A stretch of 17,167 bases of DNA, from positions 38,567 to 55,733 of the forward strand of contig BCKQ01000026.1 in NCBI GenBank assembly GCA_001600695.1, written 5' to 3'. A program made the position numbers and the translations under genes. Positions 10,769 to 17,167 of the stretch are shown in pieces. This stretch comes from Ascoidea asiatica JCM 7603. Lineage: Eukaryota > Fungi > Ascomycota. How positions within the stretch are numbered: the first letter of the stretch is position 1; each line of letters begins with the position of its first letter. The notes under the pieces are model-generated. The model was not told the DNA's origin. It searched no databases and was given only the letters and a program-made list of their open reading frames with translations.

Positions 10769-13036
10769 ATGAAACAAAGTGTTCATACAATTATTGAAAA
10801 GAAACTCAACAATTTATCTTCAAATAAAAATTGTTTGGAAACAGAGAAGCGTCAAAAAAGTTTTGAGAGCAATATTCATCATTCCAAAAAAGGGGCTAAG
10901 AATCATCAAGGCATTTCGTTCCTTGAGCTGAATCAAGAAGTTGAAAGTAAGCCGTTACAAGAACAAGACAAATGTGCCCATATCCAAAGCTGTACTCATA
11001 ATATTAAAACCAAATCAAAGCCTACTCTGATGATAGATTCTGCATCAACTATATGGTCGTCGACTAAATCTGAATCTAATATTTCTTCGAATTTAGCCAT
11101 TAATCATAGTTCAATGTCTAGTTCTCCAAGTATGGTAAATAATTACTTTTGGTCCGATCCAAAATTTAGTATGTCATCCTTTGAGTCTGAAACCTCAAAA
11201 GTTTCCTCAAAAGAGAAAAATAATGAGATTTTCTATACTAATGCTTACCAAAAGCTAGAAGAAGGTACAATTAACTCACAGTTATCAAAACGTACCGGAA
11301 AGGTAAAAGATGCTTTTACAAAGTTTAAGAAAAATTTAAGGACAGCAAATGACTCAAAAGTTAATAGTAAAGGACCTGGTCTGGTTCAGGTATATTCTAA
11401 TGAGCTTATTAAAAGTTCAAATCCTGTGAGTAATATATCAAGGCCCTATAATTTGGAACATGTAGCCCATGTAGGTGTTGATTCTAATGGAACATATGTA
11501 GGACTTCCTGAGCAATGGGCAAAGCTTCTAACAGCTAGTGGAATTTCAAAAGTAGAGCAAGATGAACACCCTTTAGCAATGAGAGATATAGTGTCTTTCT
11601 ATCAAAAAGCCACTACCACAAATCAGGAAGAAAGAATGTTGCAAAAATTACATTTTGAGAATTCCCCAAAATTTTCTGAGTTTTCTACTGTTTCTATTGA
11701 TAATTTGTCAGGACTTCAAAATTCTTCAATTTTCCCAAACTGCGGTACTATTGAAAGTCTTCATTCCCAAAAAATTGCTAACAAGTATGGCTCAAGGGAT
11801 AATAATTATTTAGCTAATATTTCTGATACCCATTTCATACCTTCAAGACCAGCACCAAAGCCTCCTAAATCTAAACTAGTTTGTCTTGATTATCTGAAAA
11901 CCCAAGATTCAAAAGTCAATGTTTTGAAAATTTCGGAACAAAGTTCAACACAAGATCAGATTTTTGATAAATTAATTCACCAAGATTCAAAAACTACTTT
12001 AAGAAGCATTTCTTCGGCTAGAACCATCAGTGAAGGACCAATAGATATATCGAATGATTTTCATCAACAGCTCTCCCAAAAAGAACCTGAGATTATTGAG
12101 GGGAATATCCTAGATTTTCGATTAAATAAAAAACAAGAAGATACCTTGAAAGAGAAAGCTATTTATCAAAAGCTATTCGAGATTTGTTCTCAAGGGGATC
12201 CAAGATCTATATATAAAAATTTGGTAAAGATTGGACAAGGAGCGTCGGGTGGAGTTTACACTGCTACCTCTGCTGATTCAGACACATTTGTTGCGATAAA
12301 GCAGATGAATTTAAAAAAGCAACCAAAGAAAGAATTGATTATCAATGAAATTCTTGTTATGAAAGCTTCCAAGCATAAAAATATTGTTAATTTTATTGAT
12401 TCCTACTTATTGAAAGAAGAACTTTGGGTGGTAATGGAATATATGGAGGGAGGCTCCCTAACAAATGTCGTCACTCATAGTATATTGACCGAGGGTCAGA
12501 TTTCTGCAGTGTGTAAAGAGACTTTACAAGGTTTGAAATTTCTTCATTCAAGAGGTGTTATCCATAGGGATATCAAATCAGACAATGTGCTCTTGTCTAA
12601 TACAGGCGAAATCAAACTAACTGATTTTGGTTTCTGTGCTCAAATAAAAGATTCTAATCTGAAGAGAACGACCGTAGTGGGAACCCCATATTGGATGGCC
12701 CCAGAAGTTATATCTAAAAAAGAATATGGGCCTAAGATTGATATTTGGTCCCTAGGGATAATGACTATCGAAATGATAGATGGGGAACCACCTTATTTAA
12801 ACGAAAGTCCCTTGAGAGCCTTATATTTAATTGCAACTGTGGGAACGCCTGAATTGAAAAATAAAGAAGGTTTAAGTGATTCTATCAAAGACTTTTTGGA
12901 AAGATGCCTTGAAGTTGATCCAGATAAAAGAGCATCAGCACAAGATCTTTTGTTGGACAACTTTTTGTTAATCAATGATGCTAAAGAGTCATTATCTTCA
13001 TTGGTAGAATTAGCAAAATTACAGTCGGAGATTTGA
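10769..13036 (+). CDS. STE20: PAK-family Ser/Thr kinase Ste20, 755 aa
   Basis: CRIB ISRPYNLEHVAHVG plus autoinhibitory GLPEQWAKLL; FIPSRPAPKPP SH3-binding motif. Kinase motifs GQGASGGVY, VAIKQM, QPKKELIINE, HRDIKSDN, DFGFCAQI, GTPYWMAPE. No PH domain before the CRIB, so Ste20 rather than Cla4. Confidence 0.96.
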   Translation: MKQSVHTIIEKKLNNLSSNKNCLETEKRQKSFESNIHHSKKGAKNHQGISFLELNQEVESKPLQEQDKCAHIQSCTHNIKTKSKPTLMIDSASTIWSSTKSESNISSNLAINHSSMSSSPSMVNNYFWSDPKFSMSSFESETSKVSSKEKNNEIFYTNAYQKLEEGTINSQLSKRTGKVKDAFTKFKKNLRTANDSKVNSKGPGLVQVYSNELIKSSNPVSNISRPYNLEHVAHVGVDSNGTYVGLPEQWAKLLTASGISKVEQDEHPLAMRDIVSFYQKATTTNQEERMLQKLHFENSPKFSEFSTVSIDNLSGLQNSSIFPNCGTIESLHSQKIANKYGSRDNNYLANISDTHFIPSRPAPKPPKSKLVCLDYLKTQDSKVNVLKISEQSSTQDQIFDKLIHQDSKTTLRSISSARTISEGPIDISNDFHQQLSQKEPEIIEGNILDFRLNKKQEDTLKEKAIYQKLFEICSQGDPRSIYKNLVKIGQGASGGVYTATSADSDTFVAIKQMNLKKQPKKELIINEILVMKASKHKNIVNFIDSYLLKEELWVVMEYMEGGSLTNVVTHSILTEGQISAVCKETLQGLKFLHSRGVIHRDIKSDNVLLSNTGEIKLTDFGFCAQIKDSNLKRTTVVGTPYWMAPEVISKKEYGPKIDIWSLGIMTIEMIDGEPPYLNESPLRALYLIATVGTPELKNKEGLSDSIKDFLERCLEVDPDKRASAQDLLLDNFLLINDAKESLSSLVELAKLQSEI

Positions 13037-13966
13037 TTTGACAAAGGATAATTAAATAAAAAATTCAAAACTAGGTTGAATTAACAGTAAAAACTAACAG
13101 TTAGTTTCGTGTTTTTCGTTGAATGTCTTTTTTGGAGAGACTCTTTTTACCTTGGTATACTTCAAAGATAATTTCCTTGTTTTGCATAGTGAGATATCCG
13201 TAAATTTAAAAAAAATACTCTACCTTCAAGTAGATAATATGTTGGTAAAGAATATCTAGAAAATCTTGTTTTGGGCTTAGGCCCTGGGTGTAATAAATCA
13301 ATGCGTCTCCTAAAATACTTCAATTTCTGTTGGACTTTAGAAATATCAAATCTGTTCATTTCTAATTGAATTATCTATTTTTATCTATAACTGAGATCTA
13401 CGTGGTAACTGGAAACTTTTAGCTAATATTGAAAATCTTTGATTTGCTAATTCTCTCAGATATTTTGAACTGTTGTCAAATTATTGTTCGCTAGCTTTAA
13501 AAGGTTGTGATTATCTTGTCTAATCTCATTAGCAATAAAATTTTTTTCTGAGTTTTGAAATAGAAAAACAACAACATAATTGAAGTTGACTCTTTTTTGA
13601 GTTTGTGATCTATTTTCGTTAACTTTCAATCCGTTCATTTATTTTAGGCTGTTGTGATTTTATATAATATATTTAGATGCTTGTTATGTTTCATTATATT
13701 ATAAATGTAATTGTAATAAAAATAAGCTTAAAAATAATGATAGAGTTAGTGAAAAAATTAGTAATAAAAATAGAAATAATCAAGAAAAAAGTATTTTATT
13801 GGATCTTCAAAAACAGCTAAAGGGGTTTTTGAAGATGATGTTTAAAAGATCCTACCAGAAACTCCATTTTATAACAAACTCATTGTTTGATTTTAAAAGT
13901 AAATCATTGATTTAGGAAAAGTTAGAATCAAATTAAAATTCAAATGCACAAAAGCCTTAAGCCTTA

Positions 13967-14798
13967 TCATTTCTTCCTCATACGTTTATTAGTAAACTGG
14001 ATTGATTGTCAGTAAATAACTCTTCAAAGAAATCATGTTTTCAAAAGGATTACATACCCATACATCAACTTGTTTTTTTGTTAGGTTCTTAGAATTAGCA
14101 ATTAATTTACGCTCTTCAGTATTTGGCGAAGGTCGTTTACTATAAATTTCCTCAAGAACTAATCTAGTACCTCTATCAAAAGTTGTTTTCCTAGTTGACT
14201 TTTCTTGTTCGGGGCAAGGCAAAGAAATATCAGATAAATTGTAAAGATAATCAGAGAAGTCTTTTTCGCTTGTGTCAATAACCAATTTATCTGGAAATTC
14301 ATTTGGAGGGTTGTTGAGGATGCAACAGTATTTCCAGGCTCCCTTTAATATACATTCTATGGTGCTCAAACATTTTTTTAAACACATTTCAGATATTGAA
14401 GAGCTTGATGAAAAATTTATATACTCTATTGATCTGTCAGGATGAATGGTTGAATACTTTGAAATTTGTTAGCTTGCCATCTCTAAAAGTTAAAAAAAAT
14501 ATCATATACATACCCTTTCTAGTTGGCTTTTGTAAATTTGAAGAAAAGAAAATAATTCTGAAAAAGTGTGCGCTAGCGAATCTGAAGTTTGCTTGTTTGA
14601 AGGATTATAATTTGCCATTGCATTTACAGACTCTTTGGTGGAGCATGAAAAATCGGGGAAAAATTTTTTAGTAAGAGAATCTATTTCAGAGAGATTACCC
14701 AATACTTCTTCAAGATAATTAGAAATTTCTTGTCCATTTTCTCTTACAAAATTTTCCTTTATCGTGCTTCTAGAGCCTGCTTTCAAGTTGTTGTTCAT
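13967..14798 (-). CDS. MATa1: Mating-type homeodomain protein a1-like (MATa1/MTLa1), 3 exons: 14798-14514, 14456-14058, 13996-13967; 237 aa
   Basis: Spliced C-terminus RKTTFDRGTRLVLEEIYSKRPSPNTEERKLIANSKNLTKKQVDVW|FTNKRMRKK* parallels S. cerevisiae a1 (...QVRVW|FINKRMRSK*), including the intron after VW. It has no TALE insertion and no WVSNRRR, so it is not alpha2. Both introns are phase 0 and restore one continuous frame of 714 nt. Confidence 0.9.
13997..14057 (-). other. MATa1 intron 2 (61 nt) within the homeodomain recognition helix
   Basis: GTATGT donor at 14057, TACTGAC branch point at 14014-14008, CAG acceptor ending at 13997. Removal creates W-F-T-N-K-R. Confidence 0.9.
14457..14513 (-). 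other. MATa1 intron 1 (57 nt) with AAG acceptor
   Basis: GTATGT donor at 14513, GCTAAC branch point at 14473-14468. The first AG downstream is AAG ending at 14457 and is in frame. The intron contains the TGA that ends the track's 106-aa ORF. Confidence 0.75.
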
Positions 14799-15305
14799 AT
14801 TTATAAATTTGAAATTAATCAAAATAGCCTATAGTATTTTTAAGAAGTGATCTTTAGAGATTATTATATTTTGCTTCCTCAAATTCCAAATTAACAGTTT
14901 TGAAAATATTTAAAAACCCTTATCGAATTGACAACACTTTCAAGAAGAAACTGGAAATTATCCTATTTTGTTCTGGCTAATAAATCTTTAAAATTGAATT
15001 ATTATTGAAGTGATTCATTTTTTCAAACCTTTGTTTTTTTTAGCGGACCAAGATAACGTTTTCTGAAACTCATCCATATTTTTCTTCAAATGGTCACCTG
15101 ATTGAGGTCTTTTATAAAACCGGTTAGTGAGATCACATGCTAGTTTACCGGATTAAAATTAAGGTCTCGTTTGCCAAAGCAGAGCATGTACAAAAGAGCG
15201 GAGTCAAAGCACTTTTTTCATGCAAATAGTCGAGGCAGCAAAACTTTTTGTTTCTATTTTATAGTTTTTGAACGTGATATAATATAATAACAGACTACAA
15301 AAGTT

Positions 15306-15312
15306 CGGGTAA
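15306..15312 (+). promoter_or_regulatory. Reb1-type site (CGGGTAA) in the divergent promoter between MATa1 and the 16285 ORF
   Basis: Exact CGGGTAA overlapping the palindrome GTAACGTTAC. Motif match only. Confidence 0.3.
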
Positions 15313-16284
15313 CGTTACATTTTAATTAACTTCTAAAATGCCTGAGCATTTCCAATCGCGGAAAAATGCTTCAACCCAGACAAGGGCAATCCTATTGTTT
15401 TATTAGTCATGTGATCATGTCAATTCCAAGACCTCGGTTTTAAGACAACCAATTATGAGTTCAATCAAACCCCTAAAAAAATACAAGCGATTTCAGTTTG
15501 CTTTTCAATAAAAGTGCAGGAGCTGAATGGGCTTGTTTGTTAGAGGTGCCCTTTTTTGACGTTTTTTTAAATGAATGTTACCTTGAAAATTAGGGAAATT
15601 GGTGAAACTTTTATGGGTAGTAGGGCTATATTTAAGAGCCCTATGTGTGTTTTTTTAGGGGTTTGACTGTAAAAGCGAGTAAGAGTGACAATTTTACATT
15701 TACCAGTTTGAATAATTCAAATAAAATTGCTATAGAAAGACGTAATCAAATATTTTCAAGCAAAACCCTTCTACTTAATCAATTATTTAAACTAAAAATG
15801 GACCTTACAATAGCCTACATTACTAACGGGCCTTAGAAAAGAAATTTCAGGTGTTTGTTGATGAATATTTTTGAATAACCTGTTTTCCAAAGGTTGAATA
15901 ATATGGAGTAAAATCTCGTTTCCTGAGGTGGAAAAACGAGTAAAACAAGAGAGTGTGGTTATCAAGACAAGAGGTCAAAATGTTTTACTCCCATGTCTGC
16001 TTTAACCTCACGTACAGTAAACCAAGAGATTCCGGACACGGTAAAATTTATTAAGGGTAAAGAGCTTATTTTGGGGTGTGTTGTTGTACTGTATCATACA
16101 TAGGCATGCCCCATAATTCTTTAAACATTACGTACGGGTTGCTGTGAAAGTTCGTAGTCTTCTTATTGTTGTTCAAAAATAATCCAACTGGATAATATTT
16201 TTATTAAATGAAAGATCTTTTTCAACAATAAGAAATCAAGAGTTATTTATATTAAAAGCCAAAAGAATAAATAAAAAGACAAAT

Positions 16285-17167
16285 ATGGCTAATTCCATGA
16301 TTAGTGATTTTAATATGAAAGATGAGCAATATCATAAAAAAAATGAATTCTTGGATAACCAAATTATATCAGACAATGAAATATCCTGGATTCTAACAGA
16401 AATTTTTGATAAAAGAGATAATTATTTAAATTTAGATTCGAATAATTCTTTAAATGATAATAAACAAAATTCTTTAAAAAATGATATTAATAATAAATCT
16501 CTAAATGATATACAACATGAACAATTTAAAAAAATAAATTCTGATATTAATTTAAAAATTAAACCAAATACTGATTCTAATGCTGATTCAAATAATAATT
16601 TGAAAGCTGATTTAAGAACATTATCAAAAACTTTGTCAAAATCAGATTCAAAATATTTATCCAATACATTATCTTTAACAAAAACTGATACAAGTAAAAG
16701 TTTTTTTAATAAATTTCATTTTAATAAAAAAGATAAAGATAAAGAATTATATAGATCAAAAACTTTTTCTCAAGATAATTCAAATACTAAAACAATTAGG
16801 AAAAGAACAAATTCCGCAAGTAAAATCAATCTAAATTCTTCAACCTTATTAACAAGAAAATTATCTTCTTTATATACTTCAAAAAAAAATTTAAATGATT
16901 ATAATAATATCAATAATTCCCTTAATTCTCCTAATTCTCCTAAATCTCCTAAATCTACTGATTCACCCAATTTAATCAATTCAACTAATTCAATTAATTC
17001 AAATAATTCATCCAATTCAAATAATTCTAATAATTCAAATAATTCAAAAGAATTAAGGGATTTAAGATTAACTGAATTTCTAAAAGTTTATAATTCAAAA
17101 ACAAATGATTATCAAAATAATTTTTTAAATAATTTAAATAATCTAGGTAATAGTTATAATAGGAATA
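16285..17167 (+). CDS. Asn/Ser/Lys-rich low-complexity N-terminus of an unidentified protein (partial, runs off the window; absent from the ORF track)
   Basis: ATG at 16285 (MANSMISDFNMKDEQYHKKNEFLDNQIISDNEISWILTEIFDKRDNYLNLDSNNS...). Open for 294 codons to the window end despite extreme AT content, which is very unlikely by chance. Confidence 0.85.
   Translation, partial: MANSMISDFNMKDEQYHKKNEFLDNQIISDNEISWILTEIFDKRDNYLNLDSNNSLNDNKQNSLKNDINNKSLNDIQHEQFKKINSDINLKIKPNTDSNADSNNNLKADLRTLSKTLSKSDSKYLSNTLSLTKTDTSKSFFNKFHFNKKDKDKELYRSKTFSQDNSNTKTIRKRTNSASKINLNSSTLLTRKLSSLYTSKKNLNDYNNINNSLNSPNSPKSPKSTDSPNLINSTNSINSNNSSNSNNSNNSNNSKELRDLRLTEFLKVYNSKTNDYQNNFLNNLNNLGNSYNRN
16924..17046 (+). repeat. Coding 9-bp-period repeats (NSP NSP KSP KST; then NS-x / NNS repeats)
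   Basis: AATTCTCCT AATTCTCCT AAATCTCCT AAATCTACT at 16924-16959, followed by repeated AATTCA-xxx units. Confidence 0.7.

Larger units (their letters stand above)
1194..14798. other. Expanded MATa locus: a2 - AGE1 - STE20 - a1
   Basis: a2-like and a1-like genes bracket the two signalling genes. No alpha1/alpha2 gene was recognised in the window. Confidence 0.78.

Noticed and set aside
12659-12661. CTG codon in the Ste20 activation loop as evidence for or against CUG reassignment
   Set aside because: The position is Leu in S. cerevisiae Ste20 but Ser in other PAKs, so it is uninformative. The genetic code cannot be settled from this window.
13091-13107. AAACTAAC-A-GTTAGTTT palindrome downstream of STE20 (also the TAGGGCT/AGCCCTA hairpin near 15621-15643)
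   Set aside because: Short arms are expected by chance in AT-rich DNA, and bacterial-style terminators do not apply to a yeast.
13967-14387. Homeodomain as MATalpha2
   Set aside because: No TALE three-residue insertion or NPY motif, and the end WFTNKRMR matches a1.

Overview
AT-rich budding-yeast (Saccharomycotina-like) genomic DNA that appears to be an expanded MATa mating-type locus. An HMG-box MATa2-like gene (1194-1958, -) and a two-intron homeodomain MATa1-like gene (13967-14798, -) lie about 12 kb apart on the same strand. The ORF track splits MATa1 into two fragments; I reconstructed it from splice signals. Between the two MAT genes sit two intact signalling genes, a PH/ArfGAP/ankyrin AGE1-like gene (4864-8193, +) and the PAK kinase STE20 (10769-13036, +), plus long spacers with decayed ORF debris and a ~150-bp foldback element. 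A much more AT-rich, Asn/Ser-rich ORF missed by the track starts at 16285 and runs off the window end. Gene identities rest on motifs recognised by eye; no database search was run.
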